A stretch of 64,000 nt of DNA from Podospora anserina (taxonomy: Eukaryota), in NCBI GenBank assembly GCA_017654855.1, contig CM030336.1, positions 1,116,001 to 1,180,000 on the forward strand, in the 5' to 3' direction. Made by a program: the position numbers and the translations under genes. Under the pieces are notes generated by a model. The model worked only from the letters and a program-made list of their open reading frames with translations. It had not been told where the DNA came from and did not search any database. Shown here piece after piece: positions 36,140 through 46,543 of this stretch (position 1 is its first letter; each line of letters begins with the position of its first letter).

Positions 36140-38467
36140 TTAAGTACGAATTCGGTGTTTCGAACGGTTTATTTCTAGGGGCCCAAAGAGTTGCGCGTCT
36201 GCCTCACTATCACCACGCTTCCTCTTCGGTTTTGAGAGCCTGGAAACCGCTCGAGGCTTGGGAGGTGGGGAGAGGTGGGCTCGGTCGAAGTCGATGATCA
36301 TTATGCGACCACGCTCGGCGTTCCAGAGATAATTGGCCCTATTTTCATCCCCATGAACAACACCCTCGTTCCAGATAGCCGTCAATGACTCCCTCTTCAG
36401 CGTCTCGGCGTCGTCCATGCTAGCGCTTGGCGTCTGGCCCGCCCACGACATAAGCATCATATGAACAACAAACTCAAGCCCCGGGAGAATGTAGCCACGA
36501 TCGAGGCGCACGAGGCCCAGATACACCGGTACCACGTCGCCCTGAAGATGATCAAGCTGTGCGTAGACCCGGCCTTCGTGCTCCAAACGACTGAGGCGGT
36601 CCTCCAGTGTTCCTTTACCAACAAATGTGTAGCCGTATGGAAGAAGCTCCAGCTTAAAAAGCCAGCCCATCGCTCCTCTCTTGCCCCAGAAGTCCACCAT
36701 CCGGCATCCCTTGTAGGGACTCAAGAGAAGCTGCTGCTCCACCATATCGGTAAAACGATGGGCATTGACGGGATGCCGAGAGGAGCCATCGAAGCGATGT
36801 AATGAGACATTGGGGCACTTCTCGTCCAGGTCTTTCCCTCTCTTGAGACCTAATAGGCACGCTTGTGTGCAATATTGCTTGGTGGGCCCCGAGTCAGCCA
36901 TGGCGATATCCCCGTCCTCGCCACCACTCGACGGACCGCGCTTCCGCTTGTTAGCCGCTAGCCTTAAGCGAGATGCGCCGGGTTCCGAATGGTCCTCTTC
37001 GTCGTCATGCTCGTTGCTTTGGGGGAGTACCGCTGCCGGTTTGCAAGACGACTGAGACCGTAAGGCTACATTCCGACCGGTCGGTTCCGCTTTGGACGTA
37101 TACTCTGAGATGTCCGTGTTCTGCGACGACGGCGCCGACGATAACTCGGCGGGCTCGAGCCCAAGATAGGCCACATCCGCGTACGACTCCGACCATGTTT
37201 TTAGTGTCGCCTTGGCTATAGACAGTGCTGTTTCGAGAGATTGTCCCTCGAGAGCTTCGGACTGAAAGCTGGACAGGCAGAAGCTGATTAGTTGAGCCAC
37301 TGCGGTGTGGGATAGCCGGTCGGTCCAGTCGTTGGTCGGCTCGCCCACATCGTCGGCCGGCAGGCACGGATGACAGTACAGCGTTTGCCAATCATCTCTG
37401 TCAACGTAGAGGAGTAGCAAGCACCGGCCCGCAGCAACATAACCATATGATACCCCGTAGGTGATCATGTAGTCGAAGACTTGCGTCAGTGCCATGGCGA
37501 TTAATGCCTCGGCCTGCTCCCGGCGCTGCACCTCCTCGTCGCGGCTGAGCTTGTCGTCGTTGATGCGTGCGACAACCTCGTGGAACAGGTGTTCCTTCGC
37601 TGTAGCCGACCGAATATACTCGATAGCGACTTTATGGGCTGCCTTGTAGTCGTATATAAAGGCGTGGGTCTGGCCTCCGCCGGGTTGCATCCGTATACCG
37701 ACTCCGTCAGGCTGTCTGTTCGAGCATATATATTTCCTCTTGGACGTAGGGCGCTTATTCGGCCCGGCTTGTTGGCGTCGCTCCAAACTCCCATCGCTGG
37801 TGTTGTCATCTGCACCGCTACTCCCGTCATCTTTTTGTGTGAGCTCGCGGAGGTTAGCGCTGAACCGAAACTCGGGGCATATCGATGCTTTGCCCGCCTC
37901 CTTATGCGTTGCAAGAACCTTGAGGATCCCCTGCACTGGGCGCTCGACTGCATCTACCTCAAAACGGTCGATCGCTTTCTCGTTACCCGCTAGATGATCC
38001 GAGATAATCGTCCCAAGGCTCTTAGTCGTGTTGGCTGGTTCGAAGAGCTGCCTTTGACCACAGATACTCTGCACAAGATCGAAATAATGTGGGTGGAGAA
38101 CGTTGGCAAAGTAGGTCCAAGGACGAAGTCGCTTGGGGTAGTACTTGCCCACGACTTTCGTATAGCCCGTAGAATACCTCGATGTGTTGGTAAGTCGTAG
38201 AGCGTTGTAGAGATGCCTGTGGCAGTTGTGCAGGTATTCGAGGAACGTGGTGTTTCGATGCTCCAGCTGAAGCCGCTCCCTCTCGCATCGCTCTTGCGCC
38301 TCTCGTGCCTTGGCTTCCTCCTCTCGTGCCTTGGCTTCCTCCGCTCGTGCCTTGGCTTCCTCCGCTCGTGCCTTGGCTTCCTCCGCTCGTGCCTTGGCTT
38401 CCTCCTCTCGTGCCTTGGCTTCCTCCAGCTCACGAAGGAGCTGTGCAATCCTGTCTTTGTCGGACAT
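36140..38467 (-). CDS. Spok: Spok-family spore-killer (meiotic drive toxin/antidote) protein, 775 aa; context suggests Spok2
   Basis: Intronless ORF beginning MSDKDRIAQLLRELEEAKAR. N-terminal heptad coiled coil; PD-(D/E)xK-like nuclease motif (PD253-254...YDYK275); Cys cluster C533/C537/C551; kinase-like domain (HGD707ENRAN, IID726FD). Which paralogue it is cannot be proven by eye. Confidence 0.95.
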   Translation of the reverse strand: MSDKDRIAQLLRELEEAKAREEEAKARAEEAKARAEEAKARAEEAKAREEEAKAREAQERCERERLQLEHRNTTFLEYLHNCHRHLYNALRLTNTSRYSTGYTKVVGKYYPKRLRPWTYFANVLHPHYFDLVQSICGQRQLFEPANTTKSLGTIISDHLAGNEKAIDRFEVDAVERPVQGILKVLATHKEAGKASICPEFRFSANLRELTQKDDGSSGADDNTSDGSLERRQQAGPNKRPTSKRKYICSNRQPDGVGIRMQPGGGQTHAFIYDYKAAHKVAIEYIRSATAKEHLFHEVVARINDDKLSRDEEVQRREQAEALIAMALTQVFDYMITYGVSYGYVAAGRCLLLLYVDRDDWQTLYCHPCLPADDVGEPTNDWTDRLSHTAVAQLISFCLSSFQSEALEGQSLETALSIAKATLKTWSESYADVAYLGLEPAELSSAPSSQNTDISEYTSKAEPTGRNVALRSQSSCKPAAVLPQSNEHDDEEDHSEPGASRLRLAANKRKRGPSSGGEDGDIAMADSGPTKQYCTQACLLGLKRGKDLDEKCPNVSLHRFDGSSRHPVNAHRFTDMVEQQLLLSPYKGCRMVDFWGKRGAMGWLFKLELLPYGYTFVGKGTLEDRLSRLEHEGRVYAQLDHLQGDVVPVYLGLVRLDRGYILPGLEFVVHMMLMSWAGQTPSASMDDAETLKRESLTAIWNEGVVHGDENRANYLWNAERGRIMIIDFDRAHLSPPPKPRAVSRLSKPKRKRGDSEADAQLFGPLEINRSKHRIRT
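38300..38425 (-). repeat. Six 21-bp tandem repeats encoding the Spok coiled-coil heptad EEAKAR(E/A)
   Basis: Unit C(T/G)CTCGTGCCTTGGCTTCCTC at 38300, 38321, 38342, 38363, 38384 and 38405. Confidence 0.97.
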
Positions 38468-39200
38468 TGCGTTCGCTAGACTCGGCTGCTTAGGGCTGGA
38501 AGGGATATCGTGGTGGTGTATGGCGGCGATTGGCTGGCGAGAGCTTCCGTCGGTCTGATGGCTCGAGGTCTATATTATATGTCTGTCAGCCATCAGCGAA
38601 GCCTTGATGTGTCAGTCTCATCAGATAAGGAGAAGTACCTCGATCTTATACAGAGCCTAGATATCGAGTTAATATGTGCGGGGTAAATGTGGTGGTCGCG
38701 TCGAGGGGGAGAGGAGATGGGGTCTGGTTTATGTAGATATGCGGAAGTCAAGCGCGAGGTTAAGCAGTAGTCCTGCCACGCCTGTTACGGCTGGCAGGTT
38801 CTCTGAGGCAAAGGACTACAGAGAAGAAAGAAGGAAAGGCTCCGCCAAGCCAGCGCTTGCAGAGCTTCGTGGTGCAAGCTGGTGGGGCGCTTGATAAGAT
38901 AAGGTCCTCGAATGTGGAGCCACGCTGGAAGTGGGGTGCCAACGCCATACCCCCCCAAAAAAAACCCTCGCTTCCTAATACCAATAAAAAAGCGAGCTTT
39001 ACAAAAAGAAATTGCTGCTTCTAAGACTGGAATTCGTGCTGGACTGCATCACTTGCCTCGAAGTCTTGTCGAAAAGCCTTATTGACGAAGGCTTTTGTTG
39101 AAAATACCAACAGCCACGTATACATAGTATCATAGGTTAAAGCGCTTACAATCGGAGCTTGAGAAGCTGTAGGGTGGGAAATTTATTAATTCAGCTGCAG

Positions 39201-39335
39201 TGAAATGATGAGAAAAATACACAAAACAACCACAACACCACGAATATACCCTCAACAGGCTTCTGAATGAACATACCTGCGTGACAGTGAATCGATCGCA
39301 GGCCGCACTCCACGTAGGACAAAGAAAAAACGCTA
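39201..39335 (-). mobile_element. LTR family C fragment, cut by Fot1 copy 4
   Basis: TGAAATGATGAGAAAAATACACAAAACAACC... matches the first ~135 bp of 46544-46906 and 49296-49658. Confidence 0.9.
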
Positions 39336-40577
39336 ACGTATTTTATAAGCGAGTCGTGGGTATAAGCGAGCCGTGGGTTCCTTAGCGCGACGCATCCTCT
39401 CTCTCCTAAACATCATATTTTTCCATAACCCAACATGTCTCCCCCTTCAAAGGAAGCCAGAGTAATCTTAGCCCTTAAAGCTCTTCAAAACAACGAGGAA
39501 TTGAAGCTTAAAGCCATAGCTAAGCTTTATAGCGTACCACTTTCAACACTCCGTAACCGACGCGCTAGTAAGCCTGTACGACGCGATATTACGCCTAAAT
39601 CGCGCCGTTTTATAGATTCCGAAGAGAAGATTATTATTTAATATATTATGGAGCTAAATGTGTAAGCTTTTTTACTAAAATTATGTAGTGTAAAAGATAT
39701 AGCTAACTAATTACTATGCGTACGCGACGCGCTTCCTATTAATAAGCTTTAAGTATATAACTTCGTTAAACGCTAATTATAACTCCGTACGCGTTTTACG
39801 CGGAGGTACGATTATTAAAAGGCTAAGTGTAAGGGTTTAAAGGTTATTAATAAGTGGTTCGCGCTTATATAGAATACTAAAGTTAAATATAGTATTATAA
39901 ATAATAATATTTATAATTTCGATGAAACTAAATTTATAATATATATTATTTTCTCGGGTTATTACGGTTCTAGAAGACAGTGGGGCCACGAGGGACCAAT
40001 CAGGACTAGACCGAGCGATCGAGCGGGGCTCACGGTCCGAGTGGACGGAACGGACTAATAAAATAGGGACCGGGGACCGCGGCGTGGCTCACGGTCCACG
40101 GTCTAGTATCGGCTAATCAAGAGTGGACCGAGGACCGTTTATAAGTTAACGGTCCACGGTCTTAAGGTCTATATATATGGAGGAACTAGCTAGTGTAGAT
40201 AGATAGTTCCGCAATATAGAATACTAAGTTACAATCGTGGTATTTTAGCTATTATAATTAAGATATCTTATTATATACTATTTAGCTACACCGAACTAAT
40301 TATTAAAAGTTACCTTTAACTAATATCCTTTTTAGAGGTTCTGTATAGGGGTTCGTCACACTAAATCGAGGACTTAATATATATATATATTTATAATATA
40401 AATAAATTCGAGTTCCTTTTTACTTTTCGTAAAGCTTTTTTCGCTTTTATAATAGAGAAAAATATATAAGGTAGCTTTACGGGTATTAGCTTTATACTAT
40501 ATAATCTAAAGAAAATACTTTTTAAATTAAATATTAAGCTTCGTATATTAATATTCCCGACTTTATAGCTTAGTATT
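39336..40577 (+). mobile_element. Fot1/pogo DNA transposon, copy 4, fragmented (39336-39959 and 40361-40577)
   Basis: TA plus left TIR ACGTATTTTATAAGCGAGTCGTGG; transposase start MSPPSKEARVILAL at 39435. Interrupted by LTRs; no right TIR seen. Confidence 0.9.
39960..40360 (+). mobile_element. LTR family A variant
   Basis: TATTACGG...GGGGTTCGTCACA; 3' ~190 bp shared with the other family A LTRs, 5' half different. Confidence 0.85.
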
Positions 40578-40625
40578 TATTACGGTTTATTATAACCCTA
40601 AGGTATATACGAGAATAACGATTAG

Positions 40626-40994
40626 TATAACGAACCCCTATACAGAACCTCTAAAAGGGATACGGGTTAAAGGTAACTTCTAATAATTAGTTCGGTATAG
40701 CTAAATAGTATATAATAAAATATTTTAATATAAATATAAAATACCGTAAATATAATTATAAATTATATATTATAAAACTATTTATCTATATTAGCTAGTT
40801 CCTCCGTATATATAGACCGGTTTATTATTATTATTATTAATAATAATATCGATTATTACTCGTCGTTTATCGAAAGCTAATAATAATCGTGATTATTACC
40901 TTTAGCACTAATAATAATCCGACTTCCCTACTTTTTTATTCTAATAGTTAAACGGTCGCGCCCCGCGCTCCCCGTTTATATTAGGTCCGTAATA
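40626..40994 (-). mobile_element. LTR family A variant (3' LTR)
   Basis: Shared family A end at 40626-40817; polypurine-tract-like AGAGGAGGGA immediately upstream on the minus strand (about 41000-41009). Confidence 0.8.
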
Positions 40995-41064
40995 TAATAT
41001 CCCTCCTCTAAATTAACGTCTCGTTAGCCTAATCTTATTAACTATATACGCTTTTCTCGTCTCC

Positions 41065-43746
41065 TATCACGGTTTAGAAAAAGCGGGGTCGCTCGGGCTA
41101 GTAAGAACGAGCGACGGATAAGTGGGGCCTGTGGAGCAGGGAATAACACGGACTAGGGGATCTAGGAGTTGGAAGCTAGATCCATGGGATCTAGGAAAGA
41201 ATAAATAGATTTAAGTACGGAAGTACTTAGAGGTTAAGGTCTATATATACGGAGGAACTAGCTATTATAAATAGATAGTTCCGTAATATATAATTAATAA
41301 TTTATATTTACAGTATTTTATATTTATATTAAAATATTTTATTATACGCTATTTAGCCGTACCAAACTAATTATTAAAAATAGCTTTTAATTAATATCCC
41401 TTTTAGAGGTTCTATATAGGGGTTCGTTATATATTATATACTTACTTTAACTCTATTACGGATAAGTTAAAAGCGTCTTTTTACTACTATAGCTTAACCC
41501 GAGAACGTTTAAATAAAAGGTGTCCCGCCTAGCTTAACTATCGAAAGACTTTCTACGGTAAACGCTAGGTCTAGAGTCACTACGGCTTAATAGCTTATCA
41601 ATCGCGTTAAAGAGCTTAAGGCCGAAGCCTAATAGATTAGCGAGTAGGTTTTTACTCTCTTAGCGGCTAGGCCTACGTACGTAATTAAGCTTCCGGTACT
41701 AAAGTACTATAGAGGCGGAAAGTTAAAGCTTAAAGGTTTTTTAATTTAGTTTAAAACTTACTTTCGTTATTACCCGGAATAATTTAATATAGAGAAGTCG
41801 AAAGTAATATACGTAGCTACCCGGCTTAAAAATAAAACTTTTATTTAATTCGAATTTATTTTTAACGATTATTACGAAGTGATAGTAAAGGATTAGGAGG
41901 AGATTATTATTTAGTATTATTAATGTGTAGGTACTACTAAGTGCCCTACTTACTGCCCTACAAATTGATATTACAGTGGGCAGTATTGCTATAAGCAGTA
42001 ATGGAACTTCCCGGCTTTGATCCCTTTAGAATATTCTTTATAAGGGACCCTTAAAGGCTTACAGAGCTACTGTGGCCTAAGGCTTAGTCAATGGATACTA
42101 GAACCTTCTAAAGTAGCTATAGGCTTACGTAGTAAGTTGCTACAATAGTGTGATTTACAGGGCACCTTTACTGCTAAAGGTTCTATAGATTTCCGTAAGT
42201 CTACACTAGACCCACCTAAGCCCACTAAATACCCAAAGTGGTATAGGGGCTTCCAGAGCCTACAGGACCCACAGTAGGCCTACGAAGGCCTATATATAGA
42301 CCTCTCCTCTCTCCTATAGAATAGTTCCTTTCTTTCTTTCCCTAAGGGCAAAAGCTTAAGGCTAAAGCCAAAGGCCAAGGCCAAAGGTAATAAAGGCAAT
42401 TCTTATTCTTTATACCTCACTGTATTATAGTGCTTTACCTTCCTTCGGCACTGCCGTCGTATCCTCCCGCTTCCGCTTACGCACTGCTATATTTTACAGC
42501 AACCCTATATAAATTCTATATTATAGGCCTATCAGGGCTTACCAGCTAACAAGTATTTTCGGAATTACCGAGCTTTTAAAGTAAAGTTTAGGGAAATATT
42601 TAAGGAATATAATAAAGGTAAATATATATAAAAAAGGTTCGCGAATCTATAGTAAATACGTTTAGTAACGGAATACACTATTTAGTTTAAAATTAATAAT
42701 TTACGTAACAAAATTAACGATAAGGGGTTAATATAGACCTTTTATAATAATTTTTAAAAAAAATAAAGAATAAATTATATAGGGAAAAAAGGTTTAATAC
42801 TATTCATAAATATATTAATATAATTATATAAATTAATAATAAAAAATTTTAACGTTATACGGAAAAAAGAAATTATAATAATCGGGGTTACTACGGAAAT
42901 TACCGCTTCAATAATAAATATAAGTAATAATATTTAATTATTAATTACTCCGGTATTATATATTTAAAATTTATAAATATTAATATTATATAGTAATAAA
43001 AGTTATAAAATTAAGGCTAGGGTAAAAATAATTATAATAAAGTAAAATATTTTAAAAAAAAATTATTAGGTATTTAAATAATTTAAATAAAAAAAAGAAA
43101 TTACTATAATAATTATTATATTAAGGGGACCGAGGGTTATAAAGGTTATAGTTATCGGGTATTAATAAAATAAAGTAATAAACTTTAAAGAAAACTTTAA
43201 TTAATATATTAAATAAAAGGAAGTAAAGTTTTAGGAGTTGCGGGAAATAATAAAAAAATTAAAGGCGAAGTATAAAAAAAAAGACCTTTAGATATTAATA
43301 TTTTAAAATCGATTAATATAAATTACTATAAAAATTATTACGGAGATCGTTAAAAATAATAATATTATATAATAGGGAAGATTTATTAAATAAATAATAT
43401 AAAAAAAATAGTATGGTAAATATAAAATTATTATTTTATAAAAAATATTATTATTTATAAAGTTTATATATAAAAACTAAAAAAAATATTAAAAAAGTAA
43501 AAAAATCGTTAATATCGGAATCGCGAAATCATTAAAAAATATACTTATACTTATATAGTATATACCTTATAAAAAAATACGGTATAACTTTATTTTAGGT
43601 ATCCGGAATATCGGAAAGTACTTTAGTTTTAATATATTATATATAAATATATAAAATACTATTAAAGTAAGTTACTATATAGTTACTGGCCGGTATATAA
43701 AGTAAGTAAGTAAAATAAATTATAGTTAATTAAAAGGATTATAGTT
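41065..43746 (+). mobile_element. Gypsy retrotransposon 5' part: family A LTR (41065-41431) plus RIPed gag region
   Basis: LTR TATCACGG...GGTTCGTTATA followed by gag-like relic LKGFLI*FKTYFRYYPE*F...KSKVIYVATRL near 41730-41830. Confidence 0.75.
41918..42551 (+). mobile_element. Solo LTR family B (copia)
   Basis: 634 bp, reverse complement of 43747-44380; 5-bp TSD AGTAT (41913-17, 42552-56). Confidence 0.95.
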
Positions 43747-46543
43747 TGTTAGCTGGTAAGCCCTGATAGGCCTATAATATAGAACCTATACAGGGTTGCT
43801 GTAAAATACAGCAGTGCGCAAGCGGAAGCGGGAGGATACGACGGCAGTGCCGAAGGAAGGTAAAGCACTGTAATACAGTAAGGTATAAAGAATAAGAATT
43901 GCCTTTATTACCCTTAGCCTTGGCCTTTGGCCTTAGCCTTAAGCTTTTGCCCTTAGGGAAAGAAAGAAAGAAACTATTCTACAGGAAAAAGGAAAGGTCT
44001 ATATATAGGCCTTAGTAGGCCTACTGTGGGTCCTGTAGGCCCTGGAAGCCCCTATACCACTTTGGGTATTTAGTGGGCTTAGGTGGGTCTAGTATAGACT
44101 TATAGAAATCTATAGAACCTTTAATAGTAAAGGTGCCCTGTAAATCACACTATTGTAGCAACTTACTACGTAAGCCTATAGCCACTTTAGAAGGTTCTAA
44201 TATCCATTAACTAAGCCTCAGGCCACAGTAGCCCTGTAAGCCTTTAAGGGTCCCTTATAAAGAATATTCTAAAGGGATCTAAGCCGGGAAGTTCTATTAC
44301 TGCTTATAGTAATACTGCCCACTATAATATTAATTTGTAGGGCAGTAAGTAGGGCACTTAGTAGTACCTACATATTAATACCCCTTCTGTGGGAGTGCTA
44401 GGTGCCCACTTACTAGGCCGTAGGGCCCTTATAAGTACTGGGCTTCCGGTAATTTATCAGCTCTAAAAAGCGCTAGAACTTAGGTGCTGGTAGGGCCTTT
44501 ATTAGGCCGTCGGCTGCCATATCCTTTATAAATACGAAGGATATAGTAATATTTCCTTCTATAACACTCTCCCTAACGCCCTAGAATTTAAGGAGCGTGT
44601 ACTTGGTACGGTTATGGTGCTTCGGGTTATAGGCTGTCTCTATAGTACCTTAGTTATCGCACCTTAGGGGGGTAGGGCTCTTTAGAGAGCGCTAAATTTC
44701 ACTATATAGCCTTCTAAGCCACAGGGCTTTCCGGTTACTTTCGATTAAGGTCGTATATTCGGCTTTAAGGGTGCTATAGGCAACCGTAGGCGCTCGTTTA
44801 GATTTCTAGCTTATAGGGCTACCTTTTACTAAAAATAAGTAGCCGTAAGTAGACCGAGTAGTAGTTTTATAGCTAGCGAAATCGCTATCGGTATAGCCTA
44901 TAGGCTTAATACTATCCGTACCTCCTAACTATATAGCTAGGTCCATCGTACTATATAGGTAGCTTAGCAGCTTTTTAGCTGCTTTTAGGTGGGCTACCTT
45001 AGGTGCTTGTAGGTGCCGTGAAAGCCATTGAACGGAGTGGGTAATATCGGCCCGGGTTTAGGTTATCGGGTAGGTAGTGGTGCCTAGTAGGCTCTAGTAT
45101 AGCTTAGTGTTAGCCTTATTTAGTGGATTAGAGGGAGTTTCGGGGCCTGTAAGGCCTAGAGAGAGCGGTAAGGCGGGTACGTGAGTACTAACTTCGAAGT
45201 GCTTAACAGCTTCTTGGATATAGGCCTTTTGGTAGAGCCAAAGTAGCCTTTTACGCTTATTTCTTTTAATTTGGACCCCGAGAAAGAACTTAGTAGGGCC
45301 TAAGTCCTCTATATCGTAGGCCTAAGCCAACTATAGCTTCAGGGCCTAAATATCTATAATAGAGGGTCCAATTAGTAGGTAGTCGTCGACGTAGCTTACT
45401 ATAAAGATACCTTTGTGAGGGTTATAGTAAGTAGCCGAGTCTAAGACTAGTGGACTATAGCCTAGGGTTTTGGTTAGTGCCGTAATCTTTTATTGCTATA
45501 GGTGGGGGGCCTGTTTTAGGCCGTATAAAGACCTTTTTAGTACTATAACTTGGTCCTTCGAAGGGTCCTAGCAGTATTGTTTTAGAAGGTTTATAGCGGT
45601 TTAGCTACTAAGGCTATATTCGTATAGGCCTTCAGGGACTTCTATATATATATCGGAGTCTATACTAGCGTTAAAAAAGGCCCCAACGAAATCGATTTAC
45701 TCAATTTTTAAATCTTCTTCAGTTATAATAGTTAGTAAAACCCGCTAGGTAGGTAGCGCTATAGTAGCTGTAAAGGTCTCGGTAAAGTCGGTTCCGGGCA
45801 CCCGTTAGAAGCCTCTAACTACTAGCCGGGCCTTAAATTTAATAATTTGGCCCTATAAGTCCTTTTTTAGCCTTATAGACCTATCGGCTAGTAATAGGCC
45901 TTTTTGGAGCCTATAAGCGGTTAATAAAGTAAAAGGTTTTGGAATTAAGTAGCTACTATAGCTCATTGAAGGAGGCCTGTAGCCACTAGTCCTTTAGTAG
46001 GTGCTTTAGGGCCTGTTTAAAGGTCCTAAATTCTGTGTTAATAGAAGTAGTGTTGTAGCTAATAGTTATAATAGCCTAGTTAATAAAATAATTTACTAGA
46101 GTAGTGGTATCTATAGTATCGTTATTTACCACTTCGAATTCCTCCTTTTGTAATTTAGTAGCCTATAGAAGTTGTACTTCGATATTGGTAGGCTTTGGAG
46201 GTGCTGTTATAGTAGGTGCCCCTTCTGTAATTATAGGGGGTTCCCCTTCTAAAGGCTCGATGTCTTTTAGTTCTAGAAGCCTTAGTTGCGATGTAGAGGC
46301 TATAGGTCCTTCTAAATAAGGCTTATAATCTTCGTATAGTTTGACGAATAGCGTTTAGATTACTTACCGGTAGCCTAGCCACACCAAGTAAGTGTTATTG
46401 CCTAGTACGGCTAGAAGCTTGCCTTTAGTAGCTTTAGGCTTTAGTTTCCTTGCGGTAATGCGTTTTTTAGGCGGTGTAAGTACTAGAACTTCAGCGCTTA
46501 TAGCCCTATAAGGTCCGAGGTCCGGGACGTGAGGGGCCTGTAA
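43747..46543 (-). mobile_element. Copia retrotransposon 3' part: LTR B (43747-44380), PPT, RNase H/RT relic
   Basis: Minus-strand VSYVDDY near 45380-45400 and GYTDSDFA near 44875-44898; PPT CAGAAGGGG next to the LTR; truncated by LTR C at 46544. Confidence 0.9.

Noticed and set aside
36461-38558. Many short ORFs overlapping Spok, including repetitive MPWLPPLV and RRKPRHE peptides
   Set aside because: Other frames of the GC-rich Spok gene and its 21-bp repeat; no evidence for a separate antidote gene.
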